Assembly (NCBI GenBank): GCA_963728565.1
Contig: CAVSLC010000010.1
Span: 128,001 to 192,000, forward strand
From: an uncultured delta proteobacterium
GTDB taxonomy: Bacteria > Desulfobacterota > Binatia > UBA9968
Reading direction: 5' to 3'
Length of the DNA stretch: 64,000 nucleotides
The position numbers and the translations under genes are program-made. Shown piece after piece: positions 1-8,540 of this stretch (positions within the stretch are counted from its first letter, which is position 1; every line of letters begins with the position of its first letter). The notes beneath the pieces are model-generated. The model searched no databases, had not been told where the DNA came from, and was given only the letters and a program-made list of their open reading frames with translations.

Positions 1-1
1 A

Positions 2-1261
2 AGCATCCTTTCTACGCCGGTAGCTTTCCAGCATGTGCTCGACTTGGCTGACAAAATACAAAACGACGAGATCCGCTTGTCTGACGTTATCGAGAGGCTG
101 ACAAGAGAAGACGACACTGCTGGCGCGCCTGTCGAATTCCAACTGGATACGAGAGACGCATTTTTGAAATCCGTACGCTCGATCAAGAGGCGCCTGAGAA
201 AAATCGAAGCGCTGCAGCGCAAAGCGCAGGCAAAAAAAACCTCCCAACGAGCGCGCCGATTGCTGCGGCGAACTATCACCAGGGAAGACCAAAAGATCGT
301 CGGCATGCTCCGCGACCTCGGTTTAACACGGCTGCAACTCACGGCAATCGCCGAATCGTTGCGGCAATCGGCGCGGCGCACGGTCGCCTGCGAAAGGTTG
401 CTGGCTGACTGTGCTGGAGTTCAGCGACAAGCTTGCTTGCGGGAAATAAAGGAGATCGAACAAACGACCGGTATGAGTTCCGAAGAGCTCAAACGTCGTG
501 TCGACGCAATATCGGACGGTGAGCAACAAGCAGATACGGCGAAAAAGCTTTTCACCGAGGGTAACCTCCGCTTGGTGGTCAGCATCGCCAAACGTTTCCG
601 CCGTTTCAATATGGATCTCGCAGACTTGATCCAGGAGGGAAACATCGGTTTGATGCGGGCGGCCGAGAAGTTCGACCACCGTCTAGGGTATCGTTTTTCC
701 ACCTATGCCACCTGGTGGATACGCCAGTTTATCGCTCGCAGCATGGTTGATTCCGGACATATGATTCGGATTCCCGCTCACATCGTGGAAGCCAGGAGCA
801 AGTTGCTGCGCAGCTTCGAGGATCTCGCGCAAAGGCTCGGTAGAACCCCTCGGCCGGAAGACATGGCCGCTGACACCGGCCTTAGCCTTCAAGAGATTCG
901 AAGAATCGTCACACTGCCAAGTGAGCATCTGTCGCTGCAAGCGCCGCTTGGCGAGGGTTCCGAAGAAACACTGCAGCATTACGCCAGGGACCGACGCGCT
1001 CAGGACCCGGCGGACGAACTTTTAAAAACCGATCTCTATTCCGCTACTCGACAATCTTTATCGATTCTCAATCCGCGGCAACAAATCGTGTTGCGGCACC
1101 GGTTTGGCATCGACCTTACCCGGGAGCACACCTTGCAGGAGATTGGCGATATGTTTTTAATTACCCGTGAGCGCGTGCGCCAAATCGAGGTTAAGGCGTT
1201 GCGCCAGCTGCGGATCCCGGCAGCCAAGAAAAAAATCAAAAGGGCCGCCGGCGCGCTTTAA
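2..1261 (+). CDS. RpoD-like sigma-70 factor (group 1/2), 5'-truncated by the window edge
   Basis: Region 2 [11 protein letters not shown]...[18 protein letters not shown]...[11 protein letters not shown] and region 4 TLQEIG...[10 protein letters not shown] non-conserved region is present, and the frame is open from position 2. Confidence 0.9.
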   Translation, partial: SILSTPVAFQHVLDLADKIQNDEIRLSDVIERLTREDDTAGAPVEFQLDTRDAFLKSVRSIKRRLRKIEALQRKAQAKKTSQRARRLLRRTITREDQKIVGMLRDLGLTRLQLTAIAESLRQSARRTVACERLLADCAGVQRQACLREIKEIEQTTGMSSEELKRRVDAISDGEQQADTAKKLFTEGNLRLVVSIAKRFRRFNMDLADLIQEGNIGLMRAAEKFDHRLGYRFSTYATWWIRQFIARSMVDSGHMIRIPAHIVEARSKLLRSFEDLAQRLGRTPRPEDMAADTGLSLQEIRRIVTLPSEHLSLQAPLGEGSEETLQHYARDRRAQDPADELLKTDLYSATRQSLSILNPRQQIVLRHRFGIDLTREHTLQEIGDMFLITRERVRQIEVKALRQLRIPAAKKKIKRAAGAL

Positions 1262-1425
1262 ACCTAACACGGATAACATCTTTCCCCCTCGACGAACCGA
1301 AATTCGGCTAAAAATGCGGTTTCATGTATCGAGAACTCCCTGGCAGACATCAATCCGATTCGGTACTCAGGTGCCATTACAAACCGCGGCCGTGAGCTCG
1401 ATAACAAGCAAAGGAGGATCTTTAG

Positions 1426-1731
1426 ATGTACGTATCGCGTCTGACCTTTCTTACGTTACCCGGTAAAACGGGGGAAGTAGAGCATGAGCTAAAAACTTTG
1501 CGTGATATCGTCAAGCAAGCAGGTGGCGAGAATACGAGAATACTGCGCACCCATTTTGCCTCATCCGACGCGCCCAATGTGGTGTTTACGCAGGACGCGC
1601 CTGAGTTGAAAACATTAGAAGAACAGATCCGCAAAGTGACGGCTGAGCCTGCCTTCCAACAATGGAGCAAGAAGGTTTCGCCGCTGTTACGTCAGTCGCC
1701 CAACCGTGAAATATACATGGTGGTCGATTGA
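1426..1731 (+). CDS. Small dimeric alpha-beta barrel (NIPSNAP/ABM-like) protein
   Basis: AAGGAGG RBS at about 1410; 101 aa with the ferredoxin-like pattern LPGKTGEVE...REIYMVVD. Confidence 0.65.
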   Translation: MYVSRLTFLTLPGKTGEVEHELKTLRDIVKQAGGENTRILRTHFASSDAPNVVFTQDAPELKTLEEQIRKVTAEPAFQQWSKKVSPLLRQSPNREIYMVVD

Positions 1732-1817
1732 AGCTCGTCATGATCCGGCGGAAATTTGAAAGAGAGCCGGCTGCTTCTTCTCGTCGGAAACGCTGCACAG
1801 AAAAATAGGTGCTGCGG

Positions 1818-2864
1818 CTAATCCGGAGATAGATAGGCCTCAACTTCGGCCCGTATCGAAGAATATACCGCTTCGGGCGCGAGATCCTTAGATTGTGGAT
1901 CGATTTCAGCCAACGAAGCTGCGTACCAGGAAGGGTGCACCTGGCTTTCCTCAAGGCGCATTCGGAATGTTTCGAACTGGCCCATTTCAATCAACGAGCG
2001 CAGGATACTGGCAACAGTCCCCCAATCGCTCCAGCCGACATTCGGTACCTCCAGAACGCGTAGCCTTTTGGCCAGAGGTGCGCAGATATCAGAGGAGAAA
2101 TTGACGTTGGGTATGGTCTGATAGATGTGTTGGATGAAGCCAGGCGCATGGATGCTGCCCAGCATCGATTGAATCAAGCCAAAGGCATTGTACAGCGACG
2201 GCACCGTATCCCGAACCATCTGCCATAAGGTAGTGCCTCTGACGGTGAAAACCATTGTGTTCCACAACGCGCCTTGGTTTATCAAACGCCGTGCAAGCGC
2301 CAGCGGAGGCTTTTCGACAAAGCCCGCCACCGGCCGCGTCAGGGTTGCGCGTATCGGCTTTTTCAGTTGGATATAGCCATATTCCGTTTCTTGGCCCTGC
2401 TCGGGGGTCATGCCTAACAGGATCATCTTGTCGGAATGCCGCTTTAGATCCGCAAGCGCGCTCGCGACGGCTTCCATGAAGCGGTTCTCATCGCGCACGA
2501 AGTGATCGGAAGGGGAGACGATAACGGTGGCCGACGGGTCGCGGTGGGTAATGTATGACAACGGCAGCATGATACCTGGCGCAGTGTCGCGATTAGCCGG
2601 TTGGTAGATAATGTTCTCTTGCGGCCAATGGGAGAGCTGGCGCGCTGCTTCCCCGCTTTGATGCGCGCCCACTACTATGACCGTACGTTCGGCCGGCACC
2701 AACTGCTGCATCCGATCAAGGGTGTGCTGCAGCATTGAGCGTCGGCCGATGATCGGCGAAAATTGCTTTAGTCCCGTTCCACCACAAAGCTGCTTGAGAA
2801 AACCACGAACTCTCGTGCCTTCACCGCCGGCCAAAACGATCGCCCATACATTATTGTGGCCCAC
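1818..2864 (-). CDS. Sugar-phosphate nucleotidyltransferase (mannose-1-phosphate guanylyltransferase-like)
   Basis: Motifs VLAGGEGTR, KQF, NRDTAPGI, SPSDH, YGYI, FVEKP, WNT, WSDWG. The GTG start at 2864 follows an AAGGAG RBS. Confidence 0.85.
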   Translation of the reverse strand: MGHNNVWAIVLAGGEGTRVRGFLKQLCGGTGLKQFSPIIGRRSMLQHTLDRMQQLVPAERTVIVVGAHQSGEAARQLSHWPQENIIYQPANRDTAPGIMLPLSYITHRDPSATVIVSPSDHFVRDENRFMEAVASALADLKRHSDKMILLGMTPEQGQETEYGYIQLKKPIRATLTRPVAGFVEKPPLALARRLINQGALWNTMVFTVRGTTLWQMVRDTVPSLYNAFGLIQSMLGSIHAPGFIQHIYQTIPNVNFSSDICAPLAKRLRVLEVPNVGWSDWGTVASILRSLIEMGQFETFRMRLEESQVHPSWYAASLAEIDPQSKDLAPEAVYSSIRAEVEAYLSPD

Positions 2865-2911
2865 AGAAGCTCCTTTGCTGCGGATCGTTGATGAATGTAG
2901 CGGGGACAACG

Positions 2912-2926
2912 GCAAGCTCCGTGCCA
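2912..2926 (-). promoter_or_regulatory. sigma54 -24/-12 promoter TGGCACGGAGCTTGC
   Basis: Exact match to TGGCACG-N4-TTGC, about 48 bp upstream of the nucleotidyltransferase start. Confidence 0.8.
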
Positions 2927-2978
2927 CATGCCTTCGGGACAGAACCCCAGTTGTGTTTGGCCGATGCGGCACGACTCG

Positions 2979-3023
2979 TTTCGAACACGGGACACCGGCT
3001 GACCGACTTTCGCGTAAGCGACA
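2979..3023 (-). promoter_or_regulatory. Two enhancer-like sites (TGTCCCGTGTTCGAAA; TGTCGCTTACGCGAAA)
   Basis: TGTC-N8-GAAA sites at 2979-2994 and 3008-3023, upstream of the sigma54 promoter. Confidence 0.5.
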
Positions 3024-3109
3024 CAGGAGAAGCGATGCCTACGAGACATGGCGCATTGCCGGTATAGGCTGGATCGACGAAATTTGCGTCGAGCATCGCG
3101 CTTCTCCCA

Positions 3110-3398
3110 CTACACGACCTCACGGCGTTGAGCACGGTGGGATCTCCGTGCAGATGTCGCGCATGTTTCTTGGTTTCTTCATTAGCGTCACTGATCCGCT
3201 AAGCATCGATACTTTGTTGATCCCTCCACTCTGAATAGCAGATGAATTCTCCCGGCTCATCACTCGACCTGAGCAGTTTTTCCGAGAGATAACCAGGCTG
3301 TTGAATCATCAACGGCGCGCAGTGCTCTTTTCAGATCTGTGCTGCGTTCTTTGCTTCTCGGGCACTACCCTGACGGAAATTAATCTTACGATAGGCAT
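3110..3398 (-). pseudogene. Decayed ABM (antibiotic biosynthesis monooxygenase-like) gene
   Basis: GGAGGAG RBS, then MPIVRLISVRVVPEK, a frameshift, QI*KEHCAPLMIQQPGYLSEKLLRSSDEPGEFICYSEWRDQQSIDA*RISD, a second frameshift, and EVV*. Two in-frame stops plus indels. Confidence 0.7.
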
Positions 3399-3621
3399 GA
3401 TCAACTCCTCCGTGCTGTGTGACTCTAAAAACAACGAGCGCCTACAACTGTATTCGCCGCGCGCGTGCCAGAGCCTCGATGTTCTGCCGTGCCTCCGCAG
3501 CGTTTCGCTCCTCAATATCTCGACCGCCTTCCGTCCCACTGAAATGATTAGATCATGATCATCGTCCCACATCGGAGAAAGGCAAATAATCAAGCCGTGC
3601 AATTCCACCCAGTTGGACAAG

Positions 3622-3636
3622 TGGCATGTGCGTTGC
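3622..3636 (+). promoter_or_regulatory. sigma54 promoter TGGCATGTGCGTTGC
   Basis: GG-N10-GC with TTGC; enhancer-like CGTCCCACATCGGAGA at 3563-3578. Confidence 0.7.
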
Positions 3637-3680
3637 TCATGATTTGAAGCGAGATCAAACTGGCTGTGGAGGATCAAGTA

Positions 3681-4163
3681 ATGAAACAGGCATTCGGAAG
3701 TGGCGATCGGGGGGAATTTTCCGGCAGCACTCGTTTTGAATCCAAGGATGCCGATTTTTCCGACGATATTTTGTCTCAAATCAGTAGTATGCCGCTGGGC
3801 ATTCATGCGGCGACTAATCAGAACCGTCGAATGGAAATCATGGGAGAGTTCATCTTGGTGCAGGCGATCCTTCGTGAAGCCATTCGGACGTATCAGAAGT
3901 ACGCGATAAAAAAAGGTACTCGCGCGACCCGGTTGTTTCGCGACGTGAACGAGTGGTTTTCATCCGATGACCGGCATTGGTTCTTTTCATTCGTCAACGT
4001 TTGCGACACCCTCGGGCTCGAGCCTACTTACATTCGCACCGGGCTCAAGCTATGGCGCGAGCGTAAGCTGCAAACAAATGGTGTGTCTTCGGCTATTCCG
4101 GATTATCAGCCGATTGCCAGGAATTCGCGGCAGCGACTGTTGGCGAATGAACTGAGAAGTTAA
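3681..4163 (+). CDS. Conserved hypothetical protein (LxxAI...WF.SDD..W.FSF.N.C..LGL.P.YIR motif)
   Basis: GGAGG RBS at about 3668, ATG at 3681. The motif is typical of a multicopy deltaproteobacterial hypothetical family (from recall). Confidence 0.7.
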   Translation: MKQAFGSGDRGEFSGSTRFESKDADFSDDILSQISSMPLGIHAATNQNRRMEIMGEFILVQAILREAIRTYQKYAIKKGTRATRLFRDVNEWFSSDDRHWFFSFVNVCDTLGLEPTYIRTGLKLWRERKLQTNGVSSAIPDYQPIARNSRQRLLANELRS

Positions 4164-4229
4164 CGACGGCATTTGCCTTTACCCCGACCCATTAGCTAAA
4201 CGACTGGTCGCCGCCGGGGCGATTTCAGA

Positions 4230-4590
4230 ATGTCAACTACCGAACAAGAGATAGAGCGATTAGTCGAGGAAATCAGCCGCGCGATTCAACGGGGCCCGGC
4301 GGATCAGCGGGCCGAGCTCCGTTCGTATGCTTCATCCCTCGTCAACGATATCGCTACCGGGTCGCCGGTTCCGCCAAGCCAAACTTCAGGTCAAACTGAA
4401 CGCCGTCCATTTGGTTTAGTCGCCGCCGGATTGGCTTTACTAGTGATCGGCGCTGGATTCGCCTTGATGATTACACCCATCGGATTAACCCTTATGGCCC
4501 TTGGGTGTGGTTCTCGCTATCTGGGGTGGAATAGCTGGATGGTGGACGACTCGCGGAGATGTGCGAGCTGGCAATCAGGGAAGCCGATGA
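4230..4590 (+). CDS. Small membrane protein with two C-terminal TM helices; probable frameshift at about 4503
   Basis: Helical N-terminus, then hydrophobic FGLVAAGLALLVIGAGFALM. Removing one G at about 4503 gives ALGVVLAIWGGIAGWW...GSR*. Confidence 0.55.
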
Positions 4591-4637
4591 AGCAATTTCT
4601 CTAATCCTCTTCGAGGGCCGCTAATTGAGTGTCGTCT

Positions 4638-4685
4638 GTGTTGTTTTCAGGACACGGCCGGAGTAGTGTGTCTCAACTGAGACAC
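4638..4685. promoter_or_regulatory. Tandem bEBP enhancer sites, including the palindrome GTGTCTCA-AC-TGAGACAC
   Basis: Palindrome with 8-bp arms at 4668-4685 and a degenerate copy GTGTTGTTTTCAGGACAC 30 bp upstream; both fit TGT-N10-ACA. Confidence 0.65.
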
Positions 4686-4725
4686 GAATCTATTCACGGA
4701 AAAGGAAACCTCGCGGATATACAAC

Positions 4726-4740
4726 GGGCACGCATCTTGC
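4726..4740 (+). promoter_or_regulatory. sigma54 promoter GGGCACGCATCTTGC
   Basis: GGCACG-N4-TTGC upstream of the bEBP gene. Confidence 0.7.
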
Positions 4741-4846
4741 GCAAGCAAATGCGTTGCTAGCGTTTGTTCCTCATGCAGCTTTCCAGCGCTTCGGTTCCGC
4801 GCGTTGTGTGAGCCTGCAAACATAGAAAGAAAGAGTATCCACTGAG

Positions 4847-6199
4847 ATGAGCGCGACGATCTTAGTTTGTGACGACGATTCCGTACCTCGGCGAAATATT
4901 GCCAGCGTATTGGAAGAAGAGGGCTATACCGTTCACCAAGCTGAGGACGGCAAGGCTGCTATCGACGCGATTAACCAGATCGATTTCGATTTGGTCTTAA
5001 CCGATCTGAAGATGCCCGGTGTCGACGGTCTCAGCGTCTTGAAGCACGTGCGGAGTATTTCGCCCCAAACGTTAGTAATTCTTATGACCGCCTTCTCGTC
5101 GGTGGACACGGCGGTAGAAGCCTTTCGTCTTGGAGCGCAAGACTACATCCTGAAGCCGATCGTGATTGAAGATGTGATTAGGAAGGTCGGCCGGTTTCTC
5201 GAGCATAAGAATCTGGTCTGGGAAGTCGAGATGTTGCGCCGTGAGATTAACCGTTCGTCGGAGCCGACCAGTCTGGTAGGGAGCAGCAAGCCGATTCAAG
5301 ATATTTTTAAAATCGTTTCAAAAGTCGCGGCAACCAATTCCACGGTCTTGATCACCGGCGAGAGCGGCGTCGGCAAGGAAGTCGTCGCCCGAACCTTGCA
5401 TTTACAAAGCTTGTCAAAGGACAAAGTATTTTTACCGGTAAATTGCAGCGCGATTCCCGACACTCTGCTCGAAAGCCAGCTCTTTGGTCATGCCAAGGGC
5501 GCATTCACCGGCGCCATCAATGCCCAAGAGGGGCTATTTCAAAAGGCCCAGGGCGGAACCATCTTTCTCGACGAAATCGGCGAGATGCCGTTGACTCTCC
5601 AACCCAAGCTGTTGCGCGCCATCGAAACCAAGGAAGTTTTAGCTGTCGGCTCGACCCAGCCGGTCCGCTTAAACGTGCGAATCATCGCTTCGACCAATCG
5701 CGATCTTGAACGGGAGGCCAGCGAGGGTAAGTTTCGCGAAGATCTTTTTTACCGTTTGAATGTCGTGCATGTCTGGGTGCCGCCGCTGAGAGAACGGCGC
5801 GAAGATATTCCGTTGCTGGTCGATTATCTACTTTCACGTCACAACCGGGAGATGAAGAAGGCATACAAGGGCGCGGACAACTCGGCAATGAAAGTTCTGA
5901 TGTCGCTTCCGTGGAAGGGCAATATCCGCGAATTGGACAACGTGCTCGAGCGCGCGATGATTTTGGGCGACGGCGAATGGATTACGCCGGAGCATTTGCC
6001 TGAATCTGAGATTCCCGAGAACGACCGAAATGTCACGGCAAACAATTTGCGCGTCGCCGTCGAGTCCTATGAGAAAAGCCACATCGCCAATGTTCTAAGG
6101 GACACCGCCGGCGACCGGACTCGGGCAGCGGAGCTCCTCGGATTGAGCCGATCCTCGCTCTACCGAAAGATGGAGAAGCTTAACATCCGTGACGATTAG
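4847..6199 (+). CDS. sigma54-dependent response regulator (NtrC/AtoC-type: REC-AAA+-Fis HTH)
   Basis: REC (VCDDD, TDLKMP), GESGVGKE, intact GAFTGA, FLDEIGE, WKGNIREL, and C-terminal AAELLGLSRSSLYRK. Confidence 0.95.
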   Translation: MSATILVCDDDSVPRRNIASVLEEEGYTVHQAEDGKAAIDAINQIDFDLVLTDLKMPGVDGLSVLKHVRSISPQTLVILMTAFSSVDTAVEAFRLGAQDYILKPIVIEDVIRKVGRFLEHKNLVWEVEMLRREINRSSEPTSLVGSSKPIQDIFKIVSKVAATNSTVLITGESGVGKEVVARTLHLQSLSKDKVFLPVNCSAIPDTLLESQLFGHAKGAFTGAINAQEGLFQKAQGGTIFLDEIGEMPLTLQPKLLRAIETKEVLAVGSTQPVRLNVRIIASTNRDLEREASEGKFREDLFYRLNVVHVWVPPLRERREDIPLLVDYLLSRHNREMKKAYKGADNSAMKVLMSLPWKGNIRELDNVLERAMILGDGEWITPEHLPESEIPENDRNVTANNLRVAVESYEKSHIANVLRDTAGDRTRAAELLGLSRSSLYRKMEKLNIRDD

Positions 6200-6407
6200 T
6201 CGAGTCCTGCCACTCTCCAGATTTCTTGCCTGGCCATCGGATGCATCAGTCAGCGCTTACAGCTTTTCCAATCACCTCTAATTTTATTTGGCCCCGTAAA
6301 GAAGTTCGCGGTTTGGTGATAATCTCGCCGGACGGTATTTTTCAACATCCTGCGGTGCGCCTAACCGTCGCCCCAATCGAATCTTAAAATCGAGCTATAG
6401 GAAAAGC

Positions 6408-8489
6408 ATGACCCGGAACATTCACGGCAGCCGCATTCGCCAAAAGCAAAATGACACGAGCGCCGTTCAGACCCGCAATCCTCCACCGGCCGCGACTACC
6501 TCAAGAAGTTCAACTGAGCACCGTATCCGTGCGGTGATCGAGGGAGTCAAGCCGGAAATCGACTGCGGCCGATTTCCGATCAAGCGAGTGGTCGGGGATC
6601 ATGTTACGGTCGAGGCCGATATCTTCACCGACGGGCACGATGCGTTGTCGGCGCGCCTGCTGTTTCGAGCGCAAGGGGATTCCGATTGGCGCGAAGCGCC
6701 GATGCAGCCGCTGGTGAATGATCGCTGGCGCGGCGGTTTTAACATCATGGCGCTGACGGATTATTTTTATACGTTGGAAGCATGGGTTGATCGGTTTAAA
6801 TCCTGGCGCGACGGTTTGAGCAAGAAAGCCGCCGCCAAACAGGACGTCGGGTTGGAATTGATCGAAGGGGCTGAACTGATTGAACTATCCGCCAAACGAG
6901 CTGGTGGCAACGATGCCGAGACACTGACAGCCTATGCGGCGGCGCTTCGCGCTAAAGAGGCCGGCGCGGTAGAGAAGGCGCTGGAGGAAGAGCTTGCTGA
7001 CCTGATGAGCAAGCATGCGGAGCGGCGTTGGGCGGCGCGTTACGACAAGGAGCTTCGTATCGTTGTCGATCGGCCGAAGGCCGAGTTCAGTAGCTGGTAT
7101 GAGATCTTTCCGCGCTCCTGCGCTGATCAGCCGCGAAAACACGGCACACTCAGGGATTGCGCGGCGCGGCTGCCGAGCATTGCCGAGTTGGGCTTCAGCG
7201 TGCTTTACCTGCCGCCGATTCATCCGATCGGACGCTCCTATCGAAAAGGCATGAACGGCACTCTTGCGGCCGGCCCGGATGATGTCGGCAGTCCCTGGGC
7301 CATCGGTTCGGAAGAGGGCGGTCATAAGTCGCTGCACCCGCTACTCGGCACCTTGGCGGATTTCAATCAGCTGGTGGAAAAAGCCCGAGAGCACGACATC
7401 GAGATTGCCTTGGACATCGCCTATCAATGCTCGCCCGACCATCCCTATGTCAGGGAACATCCGCAGTGGTTTCGCAAACGGCCTGACGGCACCATTCAGT
7501 ACGCGGAAAACCCGCCCAAGAAGTATCAAGACATCTATCCGATCGATTTTGAAAATGAAGACTGGCGCGCTCTATGGGACGAATTGAAGAGCGTTCTGTT
7601 GTTCTGGTGCCAACATGGGGTGCGAATCTTTCGCGTCGATAATCCTCACACCAAAGCCTTCCGCTTCTGGGAATGGGTCATTGCCGAGGTCAAAAAAGAT
7701 TACCCGGAAACGATATTTCTCGCCGAAGCGTTCACTCGCCCGAAAGTCATGTACCGGCTGGCCAAGCTCGGTTTCACTCAGTCGTACACGTATTTCACCT
7801 GGCGCAACACCAAGGCGGAGCTAACCCAGTATTTCACCGAGCTGACACGAACCGACGTCGTCGAATTTTTTCGTCCCAACCTGTGGCCAAACACTCCCGA
7901 TATCCTGCCGGAGTATCTGCAGGCGGGCGGCCGGCCGGCCTTCGTGTCGCGCCTGATTCTTGCCGCCACCTTGGGCGCCAACTATGGAATCTATGGCCCT
8001 GCGTTCGAGCTCTGCGTCAACGCGCCGCGTGAGCCCGGCAGCGAGGAATATTTGGATTCCGAAAAATACCAGATTAAAGATTGGAACAGCGAATCGTCCG
8101 ATAGCTTGCGCGAGTTGATCATGCGGGTGAACCAGATTCGCGCGGCAAACCCTGCGCTCCATCGTAATCGCAGCTTGTGCTTTTACACCGTGGACAATGA
8201 CGAGATTATCTGTTTCGTTAAACATACCGAAGACCGCAGTAACGTTATTGTCGTTGCTGTTAATCTCGATCCGCATCACACACAATCCGGTTGGGTGGAG
8301 CTGCCGTTGACGGAACTGGGTCTCGATCCGAGCAAGCCGTTTCAGATGCATGATCTATTAACCGACGCGCGCTATCTGTGGAACGGGCCTCGCAATTACT
8401 TGAGCCTCGATCCAGCGAGCGTGCCGGCGCATATCTTTCGGGTGCGGCATAATCTGCGCCGCGAGCAGGATTTTGATTATTTCATGTAG
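6408..8489 (+). CDS. glgE: Alpha-1,4-glucan:maltose-1-phosphate maltosyltransferase
   Basis: Motifs WYEIFPRS, YLPPIHPIG, QYAENPPKKYQDIYP, FRVDNPHTK, LAEAFTRP, NTPDIL. Confidence 0.95.
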   Translation: MTRNIHGSRIRQKQNDTSAVQTRNPPPAATTSRSSTEHRIRAVIEGVKPEIDCGRFPIKRVVGDHVTVEADIFTDGHDALSARLLFRAQGDSDWREAPMQPLVNDRWRGGFNIMALTDYFYTLEAWVDRFKSWRDGLSKKAAAKQDVGLELIEGAELIELSAKRAGGNDAETLTAYAAALRAKEAGAVEKALEEELADLMSKHAERRWAARYDKELRIVVDRPKAEFSSWYEIFPRSCADQPRKHGTLRDCAARLPSIAELGFSVLYLPPIHPIGRSYRKGMNGTLAAGPDDVGSPWAIGSEEGGHKSLHPLLGTLADFNQLVEKAREHDIEIALDIAYQCSPDHPYVREHPQWFRKRPDGTIQYAENPPKKYQDIYPIDFENEDWRALWDELKSVLLFWCQHGVRIFRVDNPHTKAFRFWEWVIAEVKKDYPETIFLAEAFTRPKVMYRLAKLGFTQSYTYFTWRNTKAELTQYFTELTRTDVVEFFRPNLWPNTPDILPEYLQAGGRPAFVSRLILAATLGANYGIYGPAFELCVNAPREPGSEEYLDSEKYQIKDWNSESSDSLRELIMRVNQIRAANPALHRNRSLCFYTVDNDEIICFVKHTEDRSNVIVVAVNLDPHHTQSGWVELPLTELGLDPSKPFQMHDLLTDARYLWNGPRNYLSLDPASVPAHIFRVRHNLRREQDFDYFM

Positions 8490-8540
8490 CAGCTGCTGAG
8501 AAGCAAGATTTTCAGCAAAACGAGAGAGCGTAGCAACAAG

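Noticed and set aside
1361-1374. Possible sigma54 promoter CGGTACTCAGGTGC before the 1426 ORF
   Set aside because: GG-GC spacing is 9, not 10. It could be an indel error but cannot be supported as written.
3309-3806. 165-aa minus-strand ORF
   Set aside because: Shadow of the 3681 gene joined to the first codons of the ABM pseudogene.
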